Of a stretch of 64,000 bases of DNA, positions 8,860-18,627 are shown in pieces (the stretch's first letter is position 1; each line of letters starts with the position of its first letter). The stretch spans positions 8 through 64,007 of the forward strand of contig CAVQDC010000029.1 in the NCBI GenBank assembly GCA_963711175.1, in the 5' to 3' direction. The position numbers and the translations under genes are program-made. A model generated the notes under the pieces. The model made no database searches, was not told the origin of the DNA, and worked only from the letters and a program-made list of their open reading frames with translations. This stretch comes from an uncultured Actinomycetota bacterium (GTDB lineage: Bacteria; Actinomycetota; Actinomycetes; Propionibacteriales; Nocardioidaceae).

Positions 8860-10329
8860 TCAGTCCACTCCGGCCATGAGCTTGTGGATCGGCTTGGACG
8901 CGAGCATCACGACGACGCCGGTGACGACCGATGCGAGACCGATCCAGATGAAGAACGGCGACTCCGCATCCGGGTCGTAGTAGCCCGCGAGCGTCCCCGC
9001 CAGTGCGGTGCCGAGCGCGATCGAGAGGAAGTAGAGCGCCACCATCTGGGTGGTGAACTTCTTCGGCGCCAGCTTGGTCGCGGCGCTCAGTCCCACCGGC
9101 GAGATCAGCAGCTCGGCCAGCGTGAAGACCAGCAGGATGCCGGCCAGGCCGAGCAGCGGGGCGCTGTTCTCGCCGCCGGGCATCGGCAGGAAGCAGAAGA
9201 ACGCGACCCCCATCAGCGCTGTGCCGGCACCGAACTTGAACGGCGTCACCGGCTGGCGGTCGCCGAGCCTGGTCCACATCGCGGCGAACACGCCGGCCAG
9301 CACGATGATGAAGACCGGGTTGATCGACTGCACCCACGAGACCGGCATCTCCCAGCCGAACAGGTTGCGGTCGAGGCGCTTGTCCGCATAGAGCGTCACG
9401 ACGGTGAACTGCTGCTGGTAGAGCGACCAGAACACGACGTTGCAGATGAACAGCGGGATGAACGCGAAGATCCGGCTGCGCTCGACGCCGGTGACCTGCT
9501 TGTCGCCCAGGATGAGGGCGAAGTAGCCGATCGCGGCGACGAGGCTGATGCCGATCACGATGTTCGCGAGGCGATCGGCCGTGATCGCGCCGACCCAGGT
9601 CAGCACGGCGATCAGTGCCAGGACGACCACCGCGCCACCGGCGTACCGGATGCCGAGGCCCGCGGGCAGCGGGTTCGCGACGTGGTGCGTCTCCTCCGGC
9701 AGCCGCCCGCGGAAGGCGGCGTACTGGGCCAGGCCGATCGCCATGCCGACCGCGGCCGCGCCGAAGCCCCAGTGGAAGCCGACCTCCGTCTGGAGCAGGC
9801 CGGTGAGCAGCGGTCCGAGGAGGGCACCGATGTTGATGCCCATGTAGAACAGCGAGAAGCCCGCGTCGCGGCGTGGGTCGTTCTCCTCGTAGAGGGAGCC
9901 GACCAGCGAGGTCGCATTGGCCTTCACGCCGCCGGAGCCGAGGGCGATCAGGACCAGGCCGACGCCGACCCCGGACAGGCCGGGGAGGAGGGCCAGGGCG
10001 ATGTGCCCGGCCATCACGCAGACCGCGGAGTAGAACAGTGTCCGCTCCGGCCCGATCAGCCGGTCGGCGAGCCAGGCGCCGAGGATCGTGGAGAGGTACA
10101 CCGCGCCGCCGTACGCACCGACGATGCCGGTCGCGACGCCCTCGTCGATGCCGAGGCCGCCCTTGGCGGCGGAGTAGTAGAGGTAGATCAGCAGGATGCC
10201 CTGCATGCCGTAGAAGCTGAACCGCTCCCACAGCTCCACGCCGAACAGGTTCGCCAGCACACCCGGCTGACCGAAGAAGCTGCGGTCGCCGGGGCGGGCA
10301 TCGGAGGTCTTCAGCTGTTGTTCACTCAC
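8860..10329 (-). CDS. POT/PTR proton-dependent oligopeptide transporter
   Basis: ELWERFSFYGM, GAWLADR, FYMGINIGA and ELLISPVGLS signatures. Confidence 0.93.
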   Translation of the reverse strand: MSEQQLKTSDARPGDRSFFGQPGVLANLFGVELWERFSFYGMQGILLIYLYYSAAKGGLGIDEGVATGIVGAYGGAVYLSTILGAWLADRLIGPERTLFYSAVCVMAGHIALALLPGLSGVGVGLVLIALGSGGVKANATSLVGSLYEENDPRRDAGFSLFYMGINIGALLGPLLTGLLQTEVGFHWGFGAAAVGMAIGLAQYAAFRGRLPEETHHVANPLPAGLGIRYAGGAVVVLALIAVLTWVGAITADRLANIVIGISLVAAIGYFALILGDKQVTGVERSRIFAFIPLFICNVVFWSLYQQQFTVVTLYADKRLDRNLFGWEMPVSWVQSINPVFIIVLAGVFAAMWTRLGDRQPVTPFKFGAGTALMGVAFFCFLPMPGGENSAPLLGLAGILLVFTLAELLISPVGLSAATKLAPKKFTTQMVALYFLSIALGTALAGTLAGYYDPDAESPFFIWIGLASVVTGVVVMLASKPIHKLMAGVD

Positions 10330-10393
10330 CCGTCCACGGTGCCACCGGCCCCCGGGGGCGTCTCCACCCGGGGGGCGGTGGCCGTGAGACCGC

Positions 10394-12952
10394 TCACTCC
10401 GTGGCGATCGCCGCCAGGACCTTCATGCGCGAGGCGCGGATCGCCGGGATGATCGCGGCCAGCACCCCGAACACGACGGCGACGACGAGGAAGACGAGCA
10501 GGCTGGTCACGGGGAGCGAGAGCACGGTGAGGTCGTCCTTGAGCGACTGGCGCAGCACGACGCCGATGACCAGGCCCAGCACCATCCCGAGGACGGCGCC
10601 GAGCAACGCGATCGCCACCGACTCCAGCGTGATCATCGTGCGCAGCTTGCGTCGGGACAGCCCCACGGCTCGGAGCAGGCCGATCTCGCGGGTGCGTTCG
10701 AGGACGCTGAGGCCGAGGGTGTTGACGATCCCGATGACGGCGATGACCACGGCGAGGGCGAGCAGGCCGTAGATCACGTAGAGCAGCTGGTTGACCTGGC
10801 CGCTGATCAGCTCCTTGAACTCCACCTTGTCCTGGACCGACAGGATCGGCAGGTCCTTGACCACGTCCTCGAGGTCCTGCTTCACCGCGTCGCGGTCGGC
10901 GCCGTCCTGCACCGTGATGCTCAGGCTGGAGTCGCTGCGCTTGATCCCCGCCTCCGCCAGGACCGACAGCGGGACGGTGACGCCGGAGGTGGTCGGGGTG
11001 TCCTCGAAGACCCCCCTGACCTCGAGCGGGATGGTCTTCCCACCGGGGAACTGGACGTCGATGCGGTCACCGACCCGAGCCCCGAGGTCGTCGGCGCGAC
11101 TCTCGCTGAGGAGCGTCTGGTCGCCCGAGAGCTCCGCGGTGCCGTCGACCATCGCAAGGTCGTAGATCTCGAAGTACGCCGGGTCGACACCCGCCGCGAA
11201 CGTCTGGTCGGGCTTGCCGTCGACCTCGACGCTCACCGGGGTGCCCTGCTGGCGGGCGACCAGGTCGACGCCCTCGACGTCCTCCATCCGGTCACCGAAG
11301 CCCGACGGGAAACCCTGGAACGTCGGCAGCTGGACCAGGAAGTCGCTCTGGAACTGGTCGTCGACGACCGAGTCGTTGGTCGCGCTCAGGGACGAGGCGA
11401 GGACCCCGACGGCCGAGACCACCGCGAGGCCGATCATCAGTGCCGAGGCGGTGGCGCCCGTACGACGCGGGTTGCGCAGCGCGTTCTCGCCGGCGAGGCG
11501 GCCGGCCGTGCCGAACAGGCGGCCGAACACGGTGCGGCAGGCAACCAGCACCGGGTGTCCGAGGACGGGTGCGAGCACGGCGGTCGTCACGACCCAGATC
11601 ACGGCGCCCGCGCCGATCCAGATGGCGTCGGTGCCCGGTGCACCTATCAGCCCGGCCGCGGCGAGCGCGGTGCCCACGGCCATCGCGATCGAGCCCAGCA
11701 CCAGGCGGCGGCCCATCCCCTTCTCCTGCACCACGAGGTCGTCGCGCATCGCCGCGACAGGCGGGACCTTCGCGGCCCGGCGGGCGGGGACGAACGCGGC
11801 GACCATGGTGACCACGATGCCGACGACGTAGCCGGCGATGATCGTGAACGGCGTGAGGGTGAGCACGTCGCCGGCGATGTCGAGCCCGAACGTACGGAAG
11901 AGACCGGCGAGCAGGCGGGACAGACCGAGCCCGAGCAGCAGCCCGAGCGTCGCGCCGACCACGGCCATCAGGAAGGCCTCGACGAGCACCGACCGGGTGA
12001 CCTGCCTCTTGCTCGCGCCGAGGGCGCGCAGCAGGGCGGACTCGCGCACCCGCTGGGAGACGAGGATCGAGAAGGTGTTGAAGATGATGAAGGCGCCGAC
12101 CACGATCGCGATCACGGCGAAGGTGGTGAGGAAGATGGAGATCACGTCGAGGAACTGGCCGATCTGGTCCTGCGTCTCCTTGACCACCTTGTCCCCGGTC
12201 ACCGCGGTGAAGCCTTCCGGTGCCACGGCGTCCGCGGCGGCGGCGAGCTGCTTCTGCGAGACGCCGTCGGCGGCGGTGAGTGCGGCGCTCGTGAACGCGT
12301 CCTCGCCGTCGAGGAAGATCTCCTGCGCCTCCTTCGTGTCGAGCAGCACCAGCGTGGCTCCGGCGGTGCCGCCGCCGTTGAAGTCCGCAGTGCCGACGAG
12401 GGTGAACGTGCGCCGGGGGTCCTTGTCCTCGGTCGGCACGATCATCGTGACGGTGTCGCCGACCTCGTAGCCGCCGCGCTCCGCCGATGAGCTGTCGAGG
12501 GTGACCTCGCCGGGCTTCTCGGGCCAGCCGCCCTCGTTGAGCACGAGGATGTCCTCGCCGGCCATGTTGTCGGCGGGCGCGTAGTTGAACGCCAGCGTCG
12601 GCGCACCCTGGCCGCCGACCAGCTTGTCGTCCTTGCCGAGGAGGAACGACCCGAATCCGTCGACCGAGCCGACCGCGGCCTCGACCTCGGGCAGGGCTGC
12701 GATCTTGTCGATGTCGGCAGGGGTCATCAGCTGCGTGGTGGCGACCCCCGCGTTGGCGCCCGAGACGTCGCCGGCCGGTCTTACGAGGCCGTCGGAGGTC
12801 GAGCCGCTGACGATGTTCTGGAAGGTGGCGTTGAGCCCCGTGCTGAAGGTCATCACGCCGGCGAGGAAGCCGATGCCGAGGACGATCGCGAGCGTGCTCA
12901 TCAGCAGGCGCACCTTGCGGGCGAGCAGGTTGCGCCAGGTCAGGAGGAGCAC
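10394..12952 (-). CDS. ABC transporter permease (FtsX/MacB-type, duplicated)
   Basis: Two FtsX-type halves: QRVRESALLRALGA and ERTREIGLLRAVG. Confidence 0.92.
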   Translation of the reverse strand: MLLLTWRNLLARKVRLLMSTLAIVLGIGFLAGVMTFSTGLNATFQNIVSGSTSDGLVRPAGDVSGANAGVATTQLMTPADIDKIAALPEVEAAVGSVDGFGSFLLGKDDKLVGGQGAPTLAFNYAPADNMAGEDILVLNEGGWPEKPGEVTLDSSSAERGGYEVGDTVTMIVPTEDKDPRRTFTLVGTADFNGGGTAGATLVLLDTKEAQEIFLDGEDAFTSAALTAADGVSQKQLAAAADAVAPEGFTAVTGDKVVKETQDQIGQFLDVISIFLTTFAVIAIVVGAFIIFNTFSILVSQRVRESALLRALGASKRQVTRSVLVEAFLMAVVGATLGLLLGLGLSRLLAGLFRTFGLDIAGDVLTLTPFTIIAGYVVGIVVTMVAAFVPARRAAKVPPVAAMRDDLVVQEKGMGRRLVLGSIAMAVGTALAAAGLIGAPGTDAIWIGAGAVIWVVTTAVLAPVLGHPVLVACRTVFGRLFGTAGRLAGENALRNPRRTGATASALMIGLAVVSAVGVLASSLSATNDSVVDDQFQSDFLVQLPTFQGFPSGFGDRMEDVEGVDLVARQQGTPVSVEVDGKPDQTFAAGVDPAYFEIYDLAMVDGTAELSGDQTLLSESRADDLGARVGDRIDVQFPGGKTIPLEVRGVFEDTPTTSGVTVPLSVLAEAGIKRSDSSLSITVQDGADRDAVKQDLEDVVKDLPILSVQDKVEFKELISGQVNQLLYVIYGLLALAVVIAVIGIVNTLGLSVLERTREIGLLRAVGLSRRKLRTMITLESVAIALLGAVLGMVLGLVIGVVLRQSLKDDLTVLSLPVTSLLVFLVVAVVFGVLAAIIPAIRASRMKVLAAIATE

Positions 12953-12953
12953 G

Positions 12954-13733
12954 TCAGCTCGCCGCCTTCTTGACGGCCGCGTCCTGCAGTGCCGCCATCT
13001 TGGCGAGGATCTGGTCGCGGTCGGGATCGCGCAGCTCGTCGACGATCACACCGTCGGCGAGGAAGAGGATCCGGTCGGTGTACGACGCGGCGACCGGGTC
13101 GTGCGTCACCATCACGACCGTCTGGCCGAACTCGTCGACGCTGCGACGCAGGAAGCCCAGCACCTCGGCCGAGCTCGTCGAGTCGAGGTTGCCGGTGGGC
13201 TCGTCGGCGAAGACGATGCGCGGCTGGCTGACCAGCGCGCGGGCGCACGCGACACGCTGCTGCTGGCCGCCCGACATCTCGCTCGGTCGGTGGCCGAGGC
13301 GGGGACGCAGGCCGACCGCGTCGATGACCTGGTCGAACCACGCACGGTCAGGCTTGCGGCCGGCGAGGCTCAGGGGCAGCAGGATGTTCTCCTCCGCGCT
13401 GAGGGTCGGCACCAGGTTGAACGACTGGAAGACGAAACCCACGCGCTCACGCCGCAGGGTGGTGAGGTCCTTGTCCTTGAGCCTGCCCAGCGACGTACCG
13501 TCCACGACGGCCTCGCCCGAGGTCGGGGTGTCGAGGGCGGCCAGGCAGTGCATCAGGGTCGACTTGCCGGAACCGGACGGCCCCATGATGGCGGTGAACT
13601 CGCCCTGCATCAGGTCGACGGTGACCCCGTCGAGAGCCCGGACCTCGGCTTCGCCCTTGCCGTACACCTTGACCAGGTCGTGTGCGCTCGCCGCGACGCC
13701 GCGCGCCGGATCCCCCGTGGGTTGCTCTGTCAT
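12954..13733 (-). CDS. ABC transporter ATP-binding protein (LolD/MacB-type)
   Basis: GPSGSGKST, MSGGQQQRVA and FADEPTGNLD. Confidence 0.95.
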   Translation of the reverse strand: MTEQPTGDPARGVAASAHDLVKVYGKGEAEVRALDGVTVDLMQGEFTAIMGPSGSGKSTLMHCLAALDTPTSGEAVVDGTSLGRLKDKDLTTLRRERVGFVFQSFNLVPTLSAEENILLPLSLAGRKPDRAWFDQVIDAVGLRPRLGHRPSEMSGGQQQRVACARALVSQPRIVFADEPTGNLDSTSSAEVLGFLRRSVDEFGQTVVMVTHDPVAASYTDRILFLADGVIVDELRDPDRDQILAKMAALQDAAVKKAAS

Positions 13734-13791
13734 GCCGGCAAGTCTGGCAGCAGTCGGAAGCCTGCAGCCATGGGATAAGACCCGCAGCGGA

Positions 13792-13809
13792 CCCTGACGT
13801 CTGTCAGGG
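13792..13809. promoter_or_regulatory. Palindrome in the ABC/LysE divergent promoter region
   Basis: CCCTGAC-gtct-GTCAGGG, perfect 7-bp arms. Confidence 0.4.
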
Positions 13810-13856
13810 GCGTCTCGGGGTGCGGACGAGCGTCCGGTCACCCCTAGATTGAGCCC

Positions 13857-14459
13857 GTGGGAGACATCGCTGCCGGCTTGCTGACCGGCCTGTCCCTCAT
13901 CATCGCGATCGGTGCGCAGAACGCCTTCGTCCTCCGGCAGGGCCTGCGCCGCAGCCACGTCGCGCTCGTCGTCGCCATCTGCGCGCTGTCCGACGTCGTC
14001 CTCATCGTGGCCGGCGTCGCGGGCATCGGCGTCGTGGTCGACCGCGCACCGTGGGCGATCGAGGTGATCCGCTGGCTCGGCGTCGCGTTCCTCACCGTGT
14101 ACGGCGTCCTGTCCCTGGTGCGGGCCAGCCGGCCGCAGGCCCTGGCGGTCGGCGAGGCTGCGGTCGAGACGCGAGCAGGCGTCGCCGCCCGTGCCGTCGC
14201 GCTGACCTGGCTCAACCCGCACGTCTACCTCGACACCGTGCTCCTGCTCGGCTCGATCGCCGGCACCCACGGCTCGCCCGGCCGGTGGTGGTTCGCCGTC
14301 GGCGCGTGCGTGGCCAGCATCGGCTGGTTCACGGGACTGGCGTACGGCGCCCGGCTGGCCGCACCGCGCCTCGCCGACCCCCGTGCCTGGCAGGTCCTCG
14401 ACGTCGCCATCGGCCTGGTGATGCTCGCGATCGCCGTACGCCTCGCCCTCGGCGCCTGA
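13857..14459 (+). CDS. LysE/ArgO amino-acid exporter
   Basis: IGAQNAFVLRQGL and TWLNPHVYLDTV. TAGATT -10 lies 6 nt upstream (leaderless). Confidence 0.92.
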   Translation: MGDIAAGLLTGLSLIIAIGAQNAFVLRQGLRRSHVALVVAICALSDVVLIVAGVAGIGVVVDRAPWAIEVIRWLGVAFLTVYGVLSLVRASRPQALAVGEAAVETRAGVAARAVALTWLNPHVYLDTVLLLGSIAGTHGSPGRWWFAVGACVASIGWFTGLAYGARLAAPRLADPRAWQVLDVAIGLVMLAIAVRLALGA

Positions 14460-14479
14460 CGTCCGCCCGCCGCCGGTGC

Positions 14480-14650
14480 CTAGGTGGTGTCGGCGGCGCG
14501 GGCCAGGGCCTCGTCGTGCCGCTCGTGCAGCCGGTCGCGGATCTCGCCGGCGTCGTAGTGACGTCGTACGCGCTCGTCGCGGGCCACGGCCGCGCCGGTC
14601 GCGACCCCGGCCAGGATCCCGGCCAGTCCCAACAGCTTCCACACCTGCAC
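14480..14650 (-). CDS. Small single-helix membrane protein (~56 aa)
   Basis: VWKLLGLAGILAGVATGAAVARDERVRRHY.. followed by a charged tail; GTG start at 14650 or 14644. Confidence 0.6.
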   Translation of the reverse strand: MQVWKLLGLAGILAGVATGAAVARDERVRRHYDAGEIRDRLHERHDEALARAADTT

Positions 14651-14711
14651 CGCACGAGCGTATCCCCCGGCTCGTCGGCGCATGGCGGAGTCGTGCGGCA
14701 GACTGCCGCGC

Positions 14712-15344
14712 ATGGCAACGTCGGTGACCCTCGACCAGGCTGTCGACCTGACCCGCAGCGGCGACATCTGGCTCTTCCGCGGCCGCCGCGCGCCCGACCG
14801 CGCGATCCGCGCGGTCACCAACTCACCGGTCAACCACGTCGGGATGGCAGTGGTCGTCGACGACCTGCCGCCGCTGATCTTCCACGCCGAGCTCGGCAAG
14901 AAGCAGGAGGACGTGTGGACCGGCGGTCACCACCGCGGCGTCCAGCTCCACGACCTGCGCGGGGCCGTGTCGCGCTGGCAGACGGAGTACGAGCAGGACG
15001 CCTGGCTGCGGCAGCTCGAGCCCCAGATCGGGCAGGCCGAGGAGGACGGCATGCTGCGCACGGTTGCCCGGCTCGACGGCGTCTCGTTCCCCAGCCTCAC
15101 CAAGCTCGGCGCCCGCTGGCTGCGGGGCCGCGACGCCTACGTGCCGCGCCGCAAGCGGGGCCAGCGGGTCACGCCCGAGGCGGCGTTCTGCGCCGAGATC
15201 GTGGCCAGCTGCTACATCGAGATGGGCGTCCTGCGCGACGACCGCCGGGCCACCTGGTACGACCCGGGCACGTTCTGGAGCGGCGACTACCTGCCGATCT
15301 CCGACGGCTGGAGCCTCGGCAAGGAGGTCGCGGTCAGTCGCTGA
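14712..15344 (+). CDS. Permuted papain-like (YiiX/YaeF NlpC/P60-type) amidase-like protein
   Basis: GDIWLFRG, NSPVNHVGM (His) and AFCAEIVA (Cys) in His-before-Cys order. Confidence 0.65.
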   Translation: MATSVTLDQAVDLTRSGDIWLFRGRRAPDRAIRAVTNSPVNHVGMAVVVDDLPPLIFHAELGKKQEDVWTGGHHRGVQLHDLRGAVSRWQTEYEQDAWLRQLEPQIGQAEEDGMLRTVARLDGVSFPSLTKLGARWLRGRDAYVPRRKRGQRVTPEAAFCAEIVASCYIEMGVLRDDRRATWYDPGTFWSGDYLPISDGWSLGKEVAVSR

Positions 15345-16296
15345 CGGCAGCACTCAGGCGATGGCCGACCGCCGCCACCGCCGCCCGCAGCTCGTCGCCG
15401 CCCACCACCGTGAACGGCAGCGGTATGCCGGCCAGCCACTCGCCGGCGTACGCCACGGCGTTGCTGGTGGTGCCGACCAGCTCGCAGCCACCGTCGGGTC
15501 GCGCCCGGAGCTCGCCGAGGGTCGGCCGGATCCATGGCCGTACCTGCTCGAGCGGAGCCTCGAACACGACGTGCGTCTCGTGCTCCCAGCCCTTGCCGAG
15601 GTTCGACTCCAGCTCGGCGGCCGGGTCGAGGTCCGCCGGCACCTCGAACGTGCCGTCGAGGATCGTCACCGCAGTGACGCGGTCGATGCGGAAGGTGCGC
15701 AGCTCGTCGGCGTGGTGCGAGTGGCAGAGCAGGTACCACCGCCCGTAGCGCACCACGACCGACCAGGGGTCGACCTCGAACGTGCGCGCGTTGCCGGCCG
15801 CCGTGCGGTAGCCGATCCGCACCTGCCGCTGCGAGGCGACCGCGGCCACGAGGTCCGTGGTCACGGTGGGGTCGGGCTTGACCGGGAACCGCTCGGGGAC
15901 GGCCCGAGCGGTCTCCCGGAGGGCGACCGCCTGCCGCGCGACATTGCTCGGCAGCACCCGCAGGATCTTGCCGAGCGCCGACCCGACCGGGTCGTCGGGA
16001 TCGGCGACGGCGTGCTGGGAGTCGAGGGCGGCCATCACCAGGCCGAGCGCCTCCGTCGCGGAGAAGACCAGCGGCGGCAGCCGCAGGCCGCGGCCCAGGG
16101 TGTAGCCGCCGTACGGCCCCCGCGTCGACTCGACCGGGATGTCGGCCTCGCGCAGGATCGCGACGTAGCGGCGGGCGGCGCGCTCGGTGACGCCGAGCCG
16201 CTCCGCCAGGTCGGAGGCCGTGATGCCGGGCCGGCCCTGCAGGATGTCCAGGGCCCGCAGGGCGCGGGCGGTGGGGCTGATCTCGCTCATGGTCAC
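15334..16296 (-). CDS. HTH-WYL transcriptional regulator (YafY-like)
   Basis: N-terminal HTH (LAERLGVTERAARRY), STRGPYGGY, GRWYL and RTFRIDRV. Confidence 0.92.
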   Translation of the reverse strand: MTMSEISPTARALRALDILQGRPGITASDLAERLGVTERAARRYVAILREADIPVESTRGPYGGYTLGRGLRLPPLVFSATEALGLVMAALDSQHAVADPDDPVGSALGKILRVLPSNVARQAVALRETARAVPERFPVKPDPTVTTDLVAAVASQRQVRIGYRTAAGNARTFEVDPWSVVVRYGRWYLLCHSHHADELRTFRIDRVTAVTILDGTFEVPADLDPAAELESNLGKGWEHETHVVFEAPLEQVRPWIRPTLGELRARPDGGCELVGTTSNAVAYAGEWLAGIPLPFTVVGGDELRAAVAAVGHRLSAAVSD

Positions 16297-16385
16297 GATG
16301 GTCCCACCGGATCCGGTCGTGGAGCGTCCGGAACCGTCCCTAAGGTGGGTTTCGAAGGACGAACACCCGCGACGAAGGAGAACCC

Positions 16386-17069
16386 ATGGACATCGTGCTC
16401 ATCGCCGGACTCTGGCTCGACGGATCAGCGTGGGACCAGGTGGTCCCCGAGCTCGACAAGCTCGGCCACCGCGCCATCCCCGTGACGTTGCCCGGACAGG
16501 GCGACGGCGCGACCTCGGCGACGTACGACGACCAGGCGCGGGCCGTGCTGGCTGCGGTCGACGCGGCAGAGGGCAAGCCCCTGGTGGTGGGCCACTCGGC
16601 CGCCTGCACGCTGGCGTGGGTGGCGGCCGACCAGCGGCCCGACGCAGTCACGGGAGTCGCACTGATCGGCGGCTTCCCGACGACCGACGGCGAGAAGTAC
16701 GCCGACTTCTTCGAGCCGGTCGACGGCGCGATGCCGTTCCCGGGCTGGGAGAAGTTCGAGGGACCCGACTCCGACGACATGTCCGCCGAGCTCAAGGCGG
16801 ACCTCCTCGGCACGGTCATCCCGGTGCCGGTCGGAGTCACCCGGGGCACGGTCCACTGGACCAGCGAGGCTCGCTACGGCGTACCGCTGACGCTGATCTG
16901 CCCCGAGTTCAGCCCGGCCGAGGCGCAGGAGTGGATCGACGACGGCGACGTGCCGGAGCTCGCGACGGCGACGGCGCTCGAGCTCGTCGACATCGACTCC
17001 GGCCACTGGCCGATGTTCACCCAGCCGGCCGCGCTCGCGACCCTGATCGACGAGGCTGCGCGCCGCTAG
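16386..17069 (+). CDS. Alpha/beta hydrolase, divergent from the WYL regulator
   Basis: LVVGHSAA nucleophile elbow and SGHWPMFT; AAGGAG RBS. Confidence 0.85.
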   Translation: MDIVLIAGLWLDGSAWDQVVPELDKLGHRAIPVTLPGQGDGATSATYDDQARAVLAAVDAAEGKPLVVGHSAACTLAWVAADQRPDAVTGVALIGGFPTTDGEKYADFFEPVDGAMPFPGWEKFEGPDSDDMSAELKADLLGTVIPVPVGVTRGTVHWTSEARYGVPLTLICPEFSPAEAQEWIDDGDVPELATATALELVDIDSGHWPMFTQPAALATLIDEAARR

Positions 17070-18043
17070 TCGCGAGGCTCGTCGAGCAGGTCTTCGGGGC
17101 TGGCCGCGACGGTCGGCTGGTCGAGCGGCGCCGGACGCCGGAGGTTCACCGGGGTCATCGGCGTGACCGGCAGGACGTAGTCGCTGTCGACGCCGGCCGC
17201 GAGGCCGAGGTCGAGGCCGGAGAGCTCGTTGCTCGCCACCCCCAGCATCACGGCGACGGTGCGCGCGTTGGCGGGACGCTTCTCGGGGTCCTTCTCCAGC
17301 AGCGTCGCGACGACGGCGCGCAGGTCGGTCGGCACGTCGTCGCCCAGCGCCGGGGGAGGCTCGTTGACGTGCGACATCGCGGTGGCGATGGGGGTGCCAC
17401 GGTCGAACGGGCGGGTGCCGGTGAGCATCTCGTGGGCGACGACGCCGAGGGCGTAGAGGTCGCTGGCGCCGGTCGCCTTCTCGCCCATGGCCTGCTCGGG
17501 GCTGATGTAGTTGGGCGTGCCGACCATCTCGCCGACCCGCGTGTGGCCGATGCCGTCCATGGCGCGCGCGATGCCGAAGTCGGTGAGCTTCACGACGCCG
17601 TCGCTGCGGAGCAGGATGTTGGCGGGCTTGACGTCGCGGTGGACGACGCCGGCCTCGTGGGCCGTGCCGAGCCCGAGCGCGGCCTGGGCCACGATCGAGC
17701 GCACGTTCTCGGGGTCGAGGGCGCCCTGGTCGCGGATGACCGCGGACAGCGGCATGCCCTCCACCAGCTCCATCACGAGGTAGGACCTGTGGTCGTCCTC
17801 GCCGTAGTCGAAGACCGTCGTGATGTTGGGGTGCATCAGCGAGGCCGAGTGCTGGGCCTCGTCGCGGAAGCGTTCGGCGAAGACCTCTTCGTCGTCCATG
17901 TCGGCCCGCATGATCTTCACCGCCACCTGGCGCTGGAGGACTTCATCGACGGCGCACCAGACGTGGGCCATGCCCCCGGAGGCGATCCGCTCCTCCAGCA
18001 CGTAGCGGTCGCCGAGACGGAGACCTTCCACGAGTCGCTCCAC
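17066..18043 (-). CDS. Hanks-type Ser/Thr protein kinase, no TM helix
   Basis: [33 protein letters not shown] and DLYALG. Start uncertain (18031-18088). Confidence 0.9.
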   Translation of the reverse strand: MERLVEGLRLGDRYVLEERIASGGMAHVWCAVDEVLQRQVAVKIMRADMDDEEVFAERFRDEAQHSASLMHPNITTVFDYGEDDHRSYLVMELVEGMPLSAVIRDQGALDPENVRSIVAQAALGLGTAHEAGVVHRDVKPANILLRSDGVVKLTDFGIARAMDGIGHTRVGEMVGTPNYISPEQAMGEKATGASDLYALGVVAHEMLTGTRPFDRGTPIATAMSHVNEPPPALGDDVPTDLRAVVATLLEKDPEKRPANARTVAVMLGVASNELSGLDLGLAAGVDSDYVLPVTPMTPVNLRRPAPLDQPTVAASPEDLLDEPRD

Positions 18044-18219
18044 GATGCAGTCCCACTTCTCTTCGAGATCGTGGCACGAGACCCGCACCGCGCGCCGATG
18101 CTACTCCGCGCGACGGATCTCCTACCCCCAAGCGGCGGACGACCCACCCCTAGGTAGGTCAGGTTCCCCGGGCGCGCCGAGGTATGCGGCCTGCTCAGCA
18201 AAGAACGCTGGCCGGCCCC

Positions 18220-18250
18220 TTGACAACCTACAACCGTATGGTTGTAGGTT
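18220..18250 (+). promoter_or_regulatory. ArsR operator overlapping its promoter
   Basis: TTGACA at 18220-18225. Perfect inverted repeat AACCTACAACC-gtat-GGTTGTAGGTT (18225-18250). TAGGTT -10 lies 6 nt before the GTG. Confidence 0.75.
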
Positions 18251-18256
18251 GAAGCC

Positions 18257-18622
18257 GTGACCACGAGCGACAGCGAGCAGGAGGACCGGGCAGACGCCTG
18301 GTTCCACGCACTCGCCGACCGGACCCGGCGCGACATCCTGCGTCGCGTGCTGGCCGGTGAGCACTCCGTCTCGACCCTGGCCCGCAGCTACGACATGAGC
18401 TTCGCGGCCGTCCAGAAGCACGTCGCCGTGCTCGAGCGGGCGGGCCTGCTGACCAAGCGCCGGCAGGGCCGCGAGGCCCTCGCCAGCGGCGACGTCGAGA
18501 CCGTCCGGTCGGTGGGCGCGATGCTCACCGAGCTCGAGGCGCTGTGGCGCGGCCGGATCTCGCGGATGGACGAGCTCTTCGCCTCCGAGAACCCTGACAC
18601 CGACACCGACACGAAGGACTGA
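18257..18622 (+). CDS. ArsR/SmtB-family regulator
   Basis: FHALADRTRRDIL and MSFAAVQKHVAVLERAGL. Confidence 0.9.
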   Translation: MTTSDSEQEDRADAWFHALADRTRRDILRRVLAGEHSVSTLARSYDMSFAAVQKHVAVLERAGLLTKRRQGREALASGDVETVRSVGAMLTELEALWRGRISRMDELFASENPDTDTDTKD

Positions 18623-18627
18623 CCACC

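Noticed and set aside
15334-17069. WYL regulator as a marker of an anti-phage defence island
   Set aside because: It is a YafY-type HTH-WYL divergent from a hydrolase, a routine actinobacterial pairing. No nuclease, toxin, restriction-modification or integrase genes are nearby.
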